The notes: generated from the letters alone by a model not told the origin. DNA of 52,275 nucleotides from an uncultured archaeon (GCA_964583985.1 CAZOYD010000018.1:5240-57514); one strand, 5' to 3'; positions 1 to 10,454 are shown, numbered from the stretch's first letter. A program made the numbers and translations.

Positions 1-1560
1 AATGGTACCTTTATAATTAGTGGGGGTGAAAATTATACTCTTAATTTTATCGATACTAATGCTATTTCCTTTGATCACGATTTAGGAGTTACATTGGAAA
101 TTCCAACCATTGCAGAAATTAACAATCCTTATATCATTAATGCAACAGTCACCAATACTGGTACATTTGATGAAACTGATGTTGATTTATTCCTATATCT
201 TGATGATATAATCGTCGATTCAACCACTATTTCAAGTTTACCTATTGATGCCAGTGAAACAATTAATTACATGTGGACTCCAACTGAATATAAAACCTAC
301 AATTTCACTGCTTATGCTCCACCTGTACCTGATGAATCTTTTACAGAAAATAATATCGCAACTGAGTTAATATCAATTATTGAAACTAAATTATTTGATG
401 GCTTGTACATAAAAAATACCTTTTCATCGATGGGTGAATTTGTTAATTCAAACTTTACCTATACTCCTTATACGAGTAGCTTATATCATGAAACTTTTGG
501 AATGGATTATATGGGAACTCACATATCATACACGTGGATCCTTGATCCTCTCACAAGACTAATGTCAGGAGGTTCGATGTTTGGAGATGACTGTCATACA
601 CCCGCATGGATATTTACGGATACATCTCTTTATGATACAATCCCCATAGCTACTGATGGAGAGGGAGACCATGACTTTTATGTCGCACGAGAATTGGTTT
701 ATGACCTACCCGGGTTTGGTCCCGTTGGAGTGTGGGAACTTGAGGACTTAACCCAACCAGGAGGGATTGCGTGGTACGAGAAAAGTACAGGAATTCTTTT
801 AAATGGTACATTTATATACCTTGCAGGAGCGTATAATTACACCTTCGATTTTGTTGATACCAACGCAGAGTTAACCATCATTGGATCACTACCAGGAGAG
901 TTCAACCTATCATCTAATGCAGGAACGCCGGATGATGATGGCGTGTTTGATTTATCTTGGACAAGTTCAGATGGAGCTCTTACGTACTCTGTATATCGAT
1001 ATTCAAGTTATATAACGGAAATCAATGGAAGTCTTACCCTTTTAGGAGATGGAATAACGGATCTTTCTCTTGCCTTGAGTGGTTATACAGATGGAACTTA
1101 TTACTTTATTGTAGTAGCGCATAATGATTATGGCGATACAATGTCTAATTGCATTCAAGTCAATGTAGCATTTCCCCCGGGAGAGTTCACCCTATCATCA
1201 AATGCTGGAACGCCGGATGATGATGGCGTGTTTGATTTATCTTGGACAAGTTCAGATGGAGCTCTTACGTACTCTGTATATCGATATTCAAGTTATATAA
1301 CGGAAATCAATGGAAGTCTTACCCTTTTAGGAGATGGAATAACGGATCTTTCTCTTGCCTTGAGTGGTTATACAGATGGAACTTATTACTTTATTGCTGT
1401 CGCACATAACGCCAATGGTGATACTCTTTCAAATTGCATTGTAGTAATTGTTCTACTACCAGTAGTCCCTGGATACGACCTCTACTTTATGTTTGCAACA
1501 ATAGGTATAGTTTCTGCTATAATAATTAGAACACGGTGTAAAAAATCAACGAATATCTAA
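1..1560 (+). CDS. 5'-partial surface protein: CARDB/Ig-like domain, two fibronectin-III-like repeats, Loki-CTERM-type anchor
   Basis: Frame is open from base 1 (NGTFIISGGENYTLNFIDTNA, echoed later by NGTFIYLAGAYNYTFDFVDTNA). Other motifs: INATVTNTG (CARDB-like), two LSWT...YSVY...YYF.VAHN repeats, C-terminal VPGYD + hydrophobic helix + basic tail. Confidence 0.8.
   Translation, partial: NGTFIISGGENYTLNFIDTNAISFDHDLGVTLEIPTIAEINNPYIINATVTNTGTFDETDVDLFLYLDDIIVDSTTISSLPIDASETINYMWTPTEYKTYNFTAYAPPVPDESFTENNIATELISIIETKLFDGLYIKNTFSSMGEFVNSNFTYTPYTSSLYHETFGMDYMGTHISYTWILDPLTRLMSGGSMFGDDCHTPAWIFTDTSLYDTIPIATDGEGDHDFYVARELVYDLPGFGPVGVWELEDLTQPGGIAWYEKSTGILLNGTFIYLAGAYNYTFDFVDTNAELTIIGSLPGEFNLSSNAGTPDDDGVFDLSWTSSDGALTYSVYRYSSYITEINGSLTLLGDGITDLSLALSGYTDGTYYFIVVAHNDYGDTMSNCIQVNVAFPPGEFTLSSNAGTPDDDGVFDLSWTSSDGALTYSVYRYSSYITEINGSLTLLGDGITDLSLALSGYTDGTYYFIAVAHNANGDTLSNCIVVIVLLPVVPGYDLYFMFATIGIVSAIIIRTRCKKSTNI
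892..1450 (+). repeat. Tandem intragenic duplication, period 285 bp (95 aa)
   Basis: 922-1111 is identical to 1207-1396; flanks are diverged. Confidence 0.9.
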
Positions 1561-1714
1561 TAAAAAGCAATTTTTGGTAAATCTTCTATAAGATTAATCA
1601 ATTTTAAATTAGCTCTTTTTTTTTCTTTTACAATAACACCTCTTTTTAGTAAAACGACGCAAACATTGAGTTTTAGCTTGTTATAAAAGAAAATCTCATA
1701 TTTCGAGATATAGG

Positions 1715-2112
1715 TTGAATAATTACTCAAATTGCATTTGTTGCAACAATAATGCTCGCGTCACTAGCTCTAGTAAATATCACTCCAATTAGGTAACCTG
1801 CTTGATAAATTGTCACCGACAATAACCCCTATTAAAGCAAATATCTTCCAATACTTTTTAGCTAACTACCAATTTAATGTTCTCTCTTTAAACATAAGAA
1901 TGAGAAAAAATAAATTACTGCAAAAAATACCGAATAGTAGCAATCATAAATGAAGAGATAGTGGATCCTCTAACTTCTTTAGAAACTAACCATCGACCTA
2001 ATGGTTAGGTACCTCCCCAGATAATAGTAGTTAATATTAATAAAATATATGCAATAATTTCTTGTTTTCTTTCTGTATTAAGGGGCGAGTCTACTATTTT
2101 GTAATTCTTCAC
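1715..2112 (-). pseudogene. Degraded EamA/DMT transporter remnant
   Basis: Manual minus-strand translation from GTG 2112: ...IIAYILLILTTIIWGGT*PLGRWLVS...FMIATIRYF, then across frameshifts SVTIYQAGYLIGVIFTRASDASIIVATNAI*VII. Several stops and frameshifts. Confidence 0.75.
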
Positions 2113-2175
2113 TGCAATATTTTATAATACGTGATCCTAAAATAATAATTATGGTAACAATAAGAAAAGAAAGGA

Positions 2176-2631
2176 TTAAGTTTTTATTTTTTTGTAAAAC
2201 CCAATTAATTCAGTTTGCTCAATTATATGTCCCTTACTTGCTTTTAATAATTGTTTTTTACGTGTTGTATTATTTAAATCAAGCTTTTTATTAAGAGCGA
2301 AGAGCTTGAAAAAATACCTGTGTTTTCCAAAGGGAGGACAGGGACCCATATATTCATTTTTTCCCATCATATTTTTTCCAATTATCGCATCCTTAATATG
2401 TTCTCCTTCGGATATTTCATTCGTGGAAGGTTCAAGATGGCAAATCACCCAGTGAGTTACTGTGATGCCTGGAGCGTCGGGATCTTCCATGATAAGAATT
2501 AAACTTTCAGTTTTTTCTGGAACGTTCGAGATTTGTAAGGGAGGGCTAATGTTCTCTCCTTGACAAGTATATTTTTGAGGAATATTCCCCATATGTTCAA
2601 ATGCTGGACTTTTTAACGAGAAATTAACCAT
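2176..2631 (-). CDS. YbhB/YbcL (PEBP/RKIP-like) protein
   Basis: EDPDAP..THW, YMGPCPP.GKHRYFF motifs. Confidence 0.95.
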   Translation of the reverse strand: MVNFSLKSPAFEHMGNIPQKYTCQGENISPPLQISNVPEKTESLILIMEDPDAPGITVTHWVICHLEPSTNEISEGEHIKDAIIGKNMMGKNEYMGPCPPFGKHRYFFKLFALNKKLDLNNTTRKKQLLKASKGHIIEQTELIGFYKKIKT

Positions 2632-2711
2632 TTTTTATCATTTAAAATATAATTTATGATAGTTATTTAAATTAAGTGATTGATATAGGTAATCATCAAC
2701 TAGGTGATATT

Positions 2712-3452
2712 ATGGTAATTGAAGATAACTATTATATGAAGAAAAAGAAAAAATTTATGAAAGATTTTGATGACAGGTTGAATTCAGTGAACTTTTTCCT
2801 TAAGAAAAGACATGCTATGAATGAAACAGAAGATCTCATTAAGAGTATGAAGCGTGAATTTGAAAAATTGATTCCAGACATCCCTTTTATTGGTGGTCAA
2901 AATAATCCCACAACATTAGTTCTTATCAAGTGCATATCTGATTTAGCAGTATTTCGGGTATTAGAAAAAGTAGGGTATAGTTTTGAAGAAATTGGCGCGT
3001 TTCATTACAATTATAGCATAAAACTTCACGAAGAAAGAAAACTTATCTTGGAAAAAGCGGGGAGAGATTCTTCACAATATCCTTTTGAAGCAGCCTACAA
3101 GGATTATCAAAAAATATTATGTGAAAATACATTAAAAAGAATATATCCTTATGATTTCGTCATGGAATATGTATCTGGAGATGGTAGAACCTACGATTGG
3201 GGTTGGGATATTTATGAATGCGCTGTTCAAAAAGCATATGAAAAATTTGGTAGTAAAAAATATCTTCCATTTATTTGCTTAGGTGATCATTATGAAGCAG
3301 AAGGATTGGGATTTGGTTTTAGTCGCACTCAAACTTTAGGATTTGGTGCTCCAAAATGTGATCACAGATTCATAAAGAACGCTAAAACACCATCAGCGTG
3401 GCCACCTCACGAATTATTAGAATTTAATAAAGAATATTTCACAGAGAAATAG
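2712..3452 (+). CDS. L-2-amino-thiazoline-4-carboxylate hydrolase (ATC hydrolase)-family protein
   Basis: ECA...PFIC.GD...RTQTLG.GA.KCDHRF Cys pattern. Start placed at the ATG after the AGGTGA SD. Confidence 0.75.
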   Translation: MVIEDNYYMKKKKKFMKDFDDRLNSVNFFLKKRHAMNETEDLIKSMKREFEKLIPDIPFIGGQNNPTTLVLIKCISDLAVFRVLEKVGYSFEEIGAFHYNYSIKLHEERKLILEKAGRDSSQYPFEAAYKDYQKILCENTLKRIYPYDFVMEYVSGDGRTYDWGWDIYECAVQKAYEKFGSKKYLPFICLGDHYEAEGLGFGFSRTQTLGFGAPKCDHRFIKNAKTPSAWPPHELLEFNKEYFTEK

Positions 3453-3544
3453 GTTTAAATGAATAACAAGGATAACTCTTTTATACTTGTTATTCTTTAA
3501 AAGTTACAGTTTTAAATTATTAAAAATCTTAGGTGTTAATAAAA

Positions 3545-3904
3545 GTGGCAGATCTTGGTGCTATATTGATTGAGTTAATCCTTTATTTTATTTTACTTCT
3601 AATAATAACGATATTTATGAAATTAGCTTTAGGCTTTTTTAGTAAAGCAAAGCATACGGAATTTGGTCAAGTATTCCTCACGTCATTCTTGATGATATTA
3701 ATACTATTCCTTTTTAATTGGTTTTGGCCAGGTATTATTGGATTAATTATTGCACTTATATTAATATGGATATTAATTAGTGCACGACATCATACTGGTT
3801 TTTTCGGAGCAATATTAATAACAATCATAGCAATAATACTATATGTCATAGTAGCGATAATAATAGGAGTGTTATTTCATGTTACCCTACTAATTCTATT
3901 TTAA
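3545..3904 (+). CDS. Small multi-pass membrane protein
   Basis: About four hydrophobic segments. GTG at 3545 follows an AGGTG SD. Confidence 0.75.
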   Translation: MADLGAILIELILYFILLLIITIFMKLALGFFSKAKHTEFGQVFLTSFLMILILFLFNWFWPGIIGLIIALILIWILISARHHTGFFGAILITIIAIILYVIVAIIIGVLFHVTLLILF

Positions 3905-4010
3905 TGCTTTTTTTGATAATTAATTTAATTTTTTCTTTTCGTAGTTTTTCTTCTTAATTTTCAATATACAGGATTGAAAAATTTAATTTTTATCCAGATT
4001 TAAAAGTCAT

Positions 4011-4586
4011 ATGAAAGTTGTAATTTTTAATGGAAGTCCTAGAAAAGAAGGAAACACGCATCAATGTCTCCAGATCGTAATAAAAGAATTGGAAAATTTT
4101 GGAATTGAATGCGAATATATTTGGATCGGAATGGATAAAATCCAAGGATGCATTTCTTGTTATCAATGTGCGAAGAATCGAGATAAAAGATGTGGAGTAA
4201 ATACTGATAAACTTAATGAATATCTTGAAAAAATGATTGAAGCAGACGGTATAATTTTAGGTTCGCCAACCTATTTTGCGGATGTGTCCACTAGAATGAA
4301 AGCATTGATAGAAAGAGCGGGATTAGTGAGCAAGATTAATGGAGGGCTCCTAAAACACAAGATAGGGGCTGCAGTTGTGGCTGTAAGACGAGCAGGAGCA
4401 ACTCACGTGTTTTCAAGCATAAATTATTTCTTCTTGATAAGCCAGATGTTTGTTGTTGGATCAAGCTATTGGAATTTAGGTATCGGTTTGAATCCTGGAG
4501 ATATTATGAATGATAAAGAAGGAATTACCACGTTTAAAGATTTAGGTCAAAATTTTGCTTTCTTACTTCAAAAATTAAATGCTTAG
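4011..4586 (+). CDS. Iron-sulfur flavoprotein (flavodoxin-like, NADPH-dependent FMN reductase family)
   Basis: GSPRKEGNT, CISCYQC...C, GSPTYF, AVRRAG. Confidence 0.93.
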   Translation: MKVVIFNGSPRKEGNTHQCLQIVIKELENFGIECEYIWIGMDKIQGCISCYQCAKNRDKRCGVNTDKLNEYLEKMIEADGIILGSPTYFADVSTRMKALIERAGLVSKINGGLLKHKIGAAVVAVRRAGATHVFSSINYFFLISQMFVVGSSYWNLGIGLNPGDIMNDKEGITTFKDLGQNFAFLLQKLNA

Positions 4587-4642
4587 AGGTGCAACTTAAT
4601 TCATTTTTTAAATGCTAATCTTCAAATTCAAGCTAAATATTT

Positions 4643-5254
4643 CTATTTTTTTCTACTAATATAATCTAATATGCAAGTTCTCCCTGTGTTATGATACTTT
4701 CCTCTAAAATGCTGAATTTTTGCCTTATAAATGATGTCAAAATGATCAAAATACTTATCTGGTTCATGATCGTCGAAATAGCTATGAAGTTCCTCACGAT
4801 CACCATGTCCCGTATGAATTTCTCCGGAAGAGCTTCCTTCATTCTTTAGATACTTTTCATCCTCTTTAGAAAGGAAATTAATATAACAAAGTCCACCTTT
4901 TTGTAAAACACGGTAGATCTCATCAATCGCGATACCAATATCCTTTTTTGTTAAATGAACCATTGATAGATAAGAAAACACAAATCCAAAATATTCATTC
5001 TCAAAAGGAATTTCACACATATCTCCTTTTATAATATTCAGTTTAATTCCTTGTTTATCAGCAAACTCTTGGGCATCTTTAATCTGATCATCATCAATAT
5101 CAATACCGTGCACTTCATAACCGTATTCATTAAAAATAGCTAATTTTGGATCAGATCCTCCTGCTCCGCAATCTAATACTCGTTTTTTCGAAGAATTTAA
5201 ATCAGCTAATCTTAAAAAATTGTAAATTGAGTGGGGATAAAATTTTCGCGTCAA
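4643..5254 (-). CDS. Class I SAM-dependent methyltransferase
   Basis: VLDCGAGG, GIDID, GDM..IPF, RVLQKGG. Confidence 0.92.
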   Translation of the reverse strand: MTRKFYPHSIYNFLRLADLNSSKKRVLDCGAGGSDPKLAIFNEYGYEVHGIDIDDDQIKDAQEFADKQGIKLNIIKGDMCEIPFENEYFGFVFSYLSMVHLTKKDIGIAIDEIYRVLQKGGLCYINFLSKEDEKYLKNEGSSSGEIHTGHGDREELHSYFDDHEPDKYFDHFDIIYKAKIQHFRGKYHNTGRTCILDYISRKK

Positions 5255-5350
5255 TTTATAGAAACCTCATTATAAACTTGACTATGATAATATTAGTTAA
5301 AGAATGTTCAAATAGATTTTTAAATCGAAATATGAAGTTATAGATATCTA

Positions 5351-5370
5351 CGTGAAATGAACGTTTCACG
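5351..5370. promoter_or_regulatory. Inverted repeat CGTGAAA-N6-TTTCACG, possible operator
   Basis: Perfect 7-bp arms in a divergent intergenic region. Confidence 0.35.
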
Positions 5371-5593
5371 AAATTTATTAAAATTATTCATTTAGAGGAT
5401 ATTTAGGGTCTTGTTGAGTTATTTCTTTTAAGATTAAAATGTTCATTAATAATTATATATAAAAATATATAAAAAACAATAGATTTATATATCTCATTCT
5501 ATCTGATATTTTTGAATCTTTATGCTCTCAATGATTTTTAGATTGATTTTCAACTGAATTTAATTTCAATAAGATATATATCAAAAGATAAAA

Positions 5594-6190
5594 ATGAAAA
5601 AAGAAATCGAAAAAGTGCAACTATTATTAAAGGATAGTAAGAAGGAAAATTCTGAATTCGGCGAGAAACTCCAACAGTTAACTCTTGAAAGTATTATTCA
5701 AAAATCAAAAAATAAAAAATATATGAAAGAGAAATATGGATGCAAATTCTGTGCTTTTTATCATCAAATAGATCTACCTGATGAACAGCTTGAGGAATTA
5801 ATTTACAAGCAACTCATCAAAAAGCTCTATAAATTAACTAATATCGATTTTTCAGGTTATAAAATAGAAGATCTTGATTATTTCAACGATTATAAAAAAA
5901 TTTCAGAAGATAAAGATTCATTAATTAAATCGATCCTGCTTAACTATATGCAAAAACTCAAGCAACAGTTACCATCTTTATGCATCTATAAGAATGAAAT
6001 TAACACAAAACCATGCGTTCATTATGAACTTAAAGTATTGGATGTGAATATGGGAGAACGTTTAGAATACCATAACTCCAAAATCGAAAGAAGATATAAT
6101 TCTCTTTCTGTTTTTATATCTTCATTATTAAGTGTTATAGCTATAGCAATTAGCGTTTTTTCATTAACGTTAAATTTATATTACGCTTAA
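5594..6190 (+). CDS. Hypothetical protein with CxxC and C-terminal TM anchor
   Basis: CKFC, later Cys residues, hydrophobic C-terminus. Confidence 0.7.
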   Translation: MKKEIEKVQLLLKDSKKENSEFGEKLQQLTLESIIQKSKNKKYMKEKYGCKFCAFYHQIDLPDEQLEELIYKQLIKKLYKLTNIDFSGYKIEDLDYFNDYKKISEDKDSLIKSILLNYMQKLKQQLPSLCIYKNEINTKPCVHYELKVLDVNMGERLEYHNSKIERRYNSLSVFISSLLSVIAIAISVFSLTLNLYYA

Positions 6191-6202
6191 AGTTAAATGT
6201 AC

Positions 6203-6889
6203 TTAATCCATTAAAGGAAGAAATTGTTCACATTTAACACATTTAATATCTTTTTTAAGCACTTTTGCTCCGCAATAGTAACATTCGGTAAAATCAGAAT
6301 TTTGATAATTAATAGTGGGGATTTTATTTCCTTCTTCAATGTATAACCTGTAATAAATTGTTTCCTTAACCCACTCATCATATTTAAGCCATCTTTGAGT
6401 CCACCTATGCTTTAAACGAACTTCATTTTTGTGAATGTATATGAAATAATGAGGATTATAATTCAGATTTTTAATTCTTTTAAATAGGTGAAAGTTAACC
6501 TTAAAAAAGCATGTGGTTGTTAACGCAATACAAGTGAATTGCCAGAAATGGGAAGAGATTAATGTGAAAATGACAATTATTGATGATAAATATATAAATA
6601 CGTTATATAATTTTACTTTAAAAAAATAAGAATAGAAAAAGATCCATCGTTGAAACTCGATACTACATCTTAGACACACAGGGACGAAATCGGAATTGAT
6701 CTGAAGCCTTTGTAAGGGATGATAAACATTTAATCGGGTTAGAGAGCTATAAAAGTTATCAACATTATAAGGAATTAAATTATGATCTGATCCACAGCAG
6801 ATGCATCCTAAAACTGGTAATATTTCAATCGCTTCGTGATTGCCTACTGCAAAACTATTTTTCCTATTATTTGATACTTTTTGCTTCAT
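6203..6889 (-). CDS. Hypothetical membrane protein with zinc-ribbon motifs
   Basis: CICCG/CLRC, two TM segments, C-terminal CYYCG..CVKC. Confidence 0.7.
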   Translation of the reverse strand: MKQKVSNNRKNSFAVGNHEAIEILPVLGCICCGSDHNLIPYNVDNFYSSLTRLNVYHPLQRLQINSDFVPVCLRCSIEFQRWIFFYSYFFKVKLYNVFIYLSSIIVIFTLISSHFWQFTCIALTTTCFFKVNFHLFKRIKNLNYNPHYFIYIHKNEVRLKHRWTQRWLKYDEWVKETIYYRLYIEEGNKIPTINYQNSDFTECYYCGAKVLKKDIKCVKCEQFLPLMD

Positions 6890-7318
6890 TATTCGAAAAA
6901 GAGATGAGTCAATTTATATATGTTTGTATTGAAATTGAGGAAGAATAAATAATACTCAATATTAATTTATGACAACTCGGTAAATTCCTTAATGAAAGAA
7001 AAAAAATAAAAACCAGAAGTAATGAATTGATATTTAATGAAGAATATTTGGTTCTTTATTTCATTTTTAAGGTAAGCTTTGATAAGAACATTTGTTTAAA
7101 TCAATTAGGCTATATTTTTCATTATTCTGATTTTTACATTAGAAAATTTAGATAAATTTGTATATAAATACATTTATTATAACTTAGAAATTGATTCTAA
7201 TTTTAGGATTCAAGAGAAAATAATCGATTTAGATAAAATTGATCAAGTGTTACGTTTCAAATTATTACTCTTTAATTTAAATTTTTATTTTAATTAGATT
7301 AAATAATAGGAGAATATT

Positions 7319-7924
7319 ATGCAGTTTTACAATGTAGCTGAAAATGGTGCTTTAAGAAAGATTAAAAAAATCGATTTTAATGAAACTAAAGTTTACCTTA
7401 TTGATGATATAAAAACTCTTTATATTTGGATTGGAAACAAATCATCAAATAAAAAGGTGGAATATAGTAATAAACGGGCTAATGATTTAAGTAAAAAAAG
7501 GGAAAAGAATTCAAATATTGTTATTGAATATCAAGGAAAGGAATTTGGATCATTTTTAGCCATCATGGAATTACTTAAAAAAGGAGAATTCAATGATATG
7601 CGAGTAGAAAGGCGTCCAGAGCTCAAAATAAACTATAAAGATACTTTAGAATTACTTGAAGCAGGAATAGAACCCGATTTCGAAGGAAAAGTTACTTTAG
7701 CATCTCAGAATTTAATTGAAGAAGGGCAATCTTATGAAAATTTATGTGAAAGACTTGCCAAACTCCAATTAGAGATGATAAAAGGAAAAGGAAAGATATC
7801 GACCAAAGAATTAAATCAAAAATCCACTGAAATATTCAAATCGTCATCAACCTATGAAGAACTATGCTGGTTAATCTCTGAATTAACTGCTTTATTGGAA
7901 AAAAAAACCTTTGAACAATTCTGA
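7319..7924 (+). CDS. One-domain gelsolin with C-terminal helical X-type domain (1DGelX-like)
   Basis: Gelsolin core VYLIDD..TLYIWIG..S....QGKE...F, followed by two Y(E)xLC helical repeats (SYENLCERLA, TYEELCWLISE). Confidence 0.8.
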   Translation: MQFYNVAENGALRKIKKIDFNETKVYLIDDIKTLYIWIGNKSSNKKVEYSNKRANDLSKKREKNSNIVIEYQGKEFGSFLAIMELLKKGEFNDMRVERRPELKINYKDTLELLEAGIEPDFEGKVTLASQNLIEEGQSYENLCERLAKLQLEMIKGKGKISTKELNQKSTEIFKSSSTYEELCWLISELTALLEKKTFEQF

Positions 7925-7933
7925 TAAAAATCG

Positions 7934-8314
7934 CTATAAATATATGTTAAGTTTATCTAAGTCTTTTTGCATTATTGCTTGCCGTTTTTGTTGATCTATC
8001 TCTACAGTTCCCATACCCTGAGCGTCATCATCTAAAATTTCTTCCTCATCAGCTTCATATGCTTTTTCAACCATCATTCCATATTTCATTGCATTTGCAA
8101 CTAATTCTGGTATCAAGGAAATCATGCTCTTAAAACTAAATATTCCACTTAATTGACTTAATATTGTAATCATTCGACCAAAAGGATCAATGTTTACTTC
8201 AGGTTTTTTAATAATATCCATGATTCTTTTAAATAACACTTCATAAAAAACTTCAAGCTCTTTAGAATTTAATTTAAATTCATCCTCTTCATCTCCATCA
8301 ATTTCTTCTTCCAT
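7934..8314 (-). CDS. Acidic hypothetical protein
   Basis: 126-aa ORF with a GGGTA-like SD; no recognised motif. Confidence 0.7.
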   Translation of the reverse strand: MEEEIDGDEEDEFKLNSKELEVFYEVLFKRIMDIIKKPEVNIDPFGRMITILSQLSGIFSFKSMISLIPELVANAMKYGMMVEKAYEADEEEILDDDAQGMGTVEIDQQKRQAIMQKDLDKLNIYL

Positions 8315-8443
8315 TCTTCTTTACCCGACTTTGTTAGTGAATAAATAAGAAAAAATATCCAATATTAAAAATTTAGGTATTTTTTTTTGAATTATTGAGA
8401 CAATAATAAGTATTTTTAATTGAATTTGAATCAATTAACTTTT

Positions 8444-8806
8444 ATGGTAGAAATTGATTTGCATAAATTATTTCTTGAATGGAATGAACTGAATAAGAAA
8501 GCTGAAGGATATTTTGGTGAATTTAATTTCTCGAAAATAAAAGAGATTCGTAAGGAGCAAAAAGAACTTGAAGATACAATATATTGTGAAGTTAAAAAGA
8601 GTGCTCCCGAACAAATAAAAAAAATACTTCCTGATGATGTTGGAGAATTAGAGGTTGGATATGAGGTAAATGGAAGTATTTTTTATTTTGTGATGATCGA
8701 TCCATCATTAGAAGAGGATGATGAAATAAGATTAATAGCAATTACTTTTGATGAAAATAAAAAAATAGAGTTAAAAAATAATTTTAAAATTGATGAAGAA
8801 AATTAG
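8444..8806 (+). CDS. Hypothetical protein
   Basis: Typical codon usage. ATG 8444 preferred over TTG 8420. Confidence 0.7.
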   Translation: MVEIDLHKLFLEWNELNKKAEGYFGEFNFSKIKEIRKEQKELEDTIYCEVKKSAPEQIKKILPDDVGELEVGYEVNGSIFYFVMIDPSLEEDDEIRLIAITFDENKKIELKNNFKIDEEN

Positions 8807-8924
8807 TGTATTCATAATTTTTACCATTTCAATCGAAGATTTCTTTTAATAATAATCTCTATTAATTAAGTTAGAAAAAATAAGTAATATGAAATAATTA
8901 GAGAATTTTAATAGGTTTAAAGCG

Positions 8925-10454
8925 TTAAAATTTGTCGGAGTCTTTATACCATGAAGGAAACCATTGATAATATTCCTTTGGAAATGATTTCTGCAATCCC
9001 TTATATGTAGCTTTTATTAAAATTAATTTTCCATTTCTGTCTCTACTAGATACAATCATTCCTTGTTGTTCTAAAGATTCTAATATTTTGCGTATATCTG
9101 ACCTACTTCCTCCTATATCTTCTCTTACGTCATCAGGCGTCATGTATAATCCTGGATTAACTTTATAATCATGAGCTATAACTTTGAGAACATTTTCTTC
9201 TGTTACTTCCATTCCCTTGAATTTTGATGGCTGATAAGAGACAACAGGCGCGTTAATTTCATCATTCCATCTCATTCGGATATCTTCATTATATTTTGGA
9301 AGCATTGAAGAGAAACGGTAAATTATCATCTTTTGGATCTCATTAGTACCAGCAACAATTTCACCGATCTTCGCTTCGCGCAGGATTCTTTCAACAGGCA
9401 AGAATTTAGTGAGACCATCACCACCTAAAATTTGGATTGCTTTAAGTCCAATATCTCGAACGGCTTCTGTATTAATTAACTTTGAAATTGAAGCTTCAAC
9501 CATGGGTTCTTTTCCTTCATCTAAAAGTTTTGCGCAGTAATATGCATATAATCGTGCGGATTGAGCCTTTGTGAGTATTTCAGCAATTTCTTTTTGAACG
9601 CCTGGGAATGAAATTGTAGCGCGATTGAATTGAACTCTCCTTTTAGTATAATTAAATAGTATTTTTACAACATCCTCATACAATCCTCCAAAAACAGCAG
9701 CACCAATCAAGCGTTCGAAATTGAGACCCGCCATCATAACATTCCATCCCTTTCCAATTTCTCCCACGCGATTGTAATCTGGAATTCTAACATTCTCAAA
9801 ATCCAATACACCATTAGGAACATTATCAAATCCAATTAATGGATTTATTTTTTCTAATGAAAATCCTTTACGTCCCTTCTCAATCATAAAGGATGTTATA
9901 TGAGCATATTGTTTACGATCCGAAGGCTCCTCACTAGTTTTTGCATATATAAAATAACGATCTGATACACCTGCTCCTGTTATGAATCGTTTTTTACCAT
10001 TTATTATCCATTCGTCTCCTTCCTTTTTAGCTGTTGTATAAACGTTTGCAGCATCACTCCCTGCAAAAGGTTCAGTTATACACAGTGCCCCTAATTCATC
10101 TCCTTTTGCAATTTTAGGAAGCCAATCTTGCTTTTGGGCATCAGTTCCAAATCTTAAAACTTGTTCTAAGCCCGCTAACATGCTTACCGTGAACACGTGT
10201 CCTACTGCATATAATCTTCCTAATTGCTCAGCTACAATACAACTACCTGTTGCACCTAATTCCAACCCACCATATTCTTTAGGCACACCTACCCCAAAAT
10301 ATCCTTCTTTTGCAACTTTTTTTACTAAAGGCCAAGGAAATTCAGTTTTCCAAAAATAAGTTTCCGCTTCTTCAAAATTATCATGTACAAATTGTCTGAC
10401 TTTTTTGGAAATCTCTATTTGTTCCTCTGTAAACCAAAAATAATTTTCACTCAT
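8925..10454 (-). CDS. Acyl-CoA dehydrogenase with C-terminal winged-helix-like extension
   Basis: ALCITEP.AGSD, INGKKRFITG, RVQF, GGDG, GTNEIQK, plus about 120 extra residues. Confidence 0.93.
   Translation of the reverse strand: MSENYFWFTEEQIEISKKVRQFVHDNFEEAETYFWKTEFPWPLVKKVAKEGYFGVGVPKEYGGLELGATGSCIVAEQLGRLYAVGHVFTVSMLAGLEQVLRFGTDAQKQDWLPKIAKGDELGALCITEPFAGSDAANVYTTAKKEGDEWIINGKKRFITGAGVSDRYFIYAKTSEEPSDRKQYAHITSFMIEKGRKGFSLEKINPLIGFDNVPNGVLDFENVRIPDYNRVGEIGKGWNVMMAGLNFERLIGAAVFGGLYEDVVKILFNYTKRRVQFNRATISFPGVQKEIAEILTKAQSARLYAYYCAKLLDEGKEPMVEASISKLINTEAVRDIGLKAIQILGGDGLTKFLPVERILREAKIGEIVAGTNEIQKMIIYRFSSMLPKYNEDIRMRWNDEINAPVVSYQPSKFKGMEVTEENVLKVIAHDYKVNPGLYMTPDDVREDIGGSRSDIRKILESLEQQGMIVSSRDRNGKLILIKATYKGLQKSFPKEYYQWFPSWYKDSDKF

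Noticed and set aside
892-1450. Repeat as a CRISPR array or DGR template/variable pair
   Set aside because: In-frame protein-domain duplication; no spacers, no adenine-specific mismatches and no reverse transcriptase nearby.
6890-7318. Long AT-rich spacer as ncRNA or replication origin
   Set aside because: No GC-rich stems, ORB-like repeats or adjacent orc/cdc6 gene.
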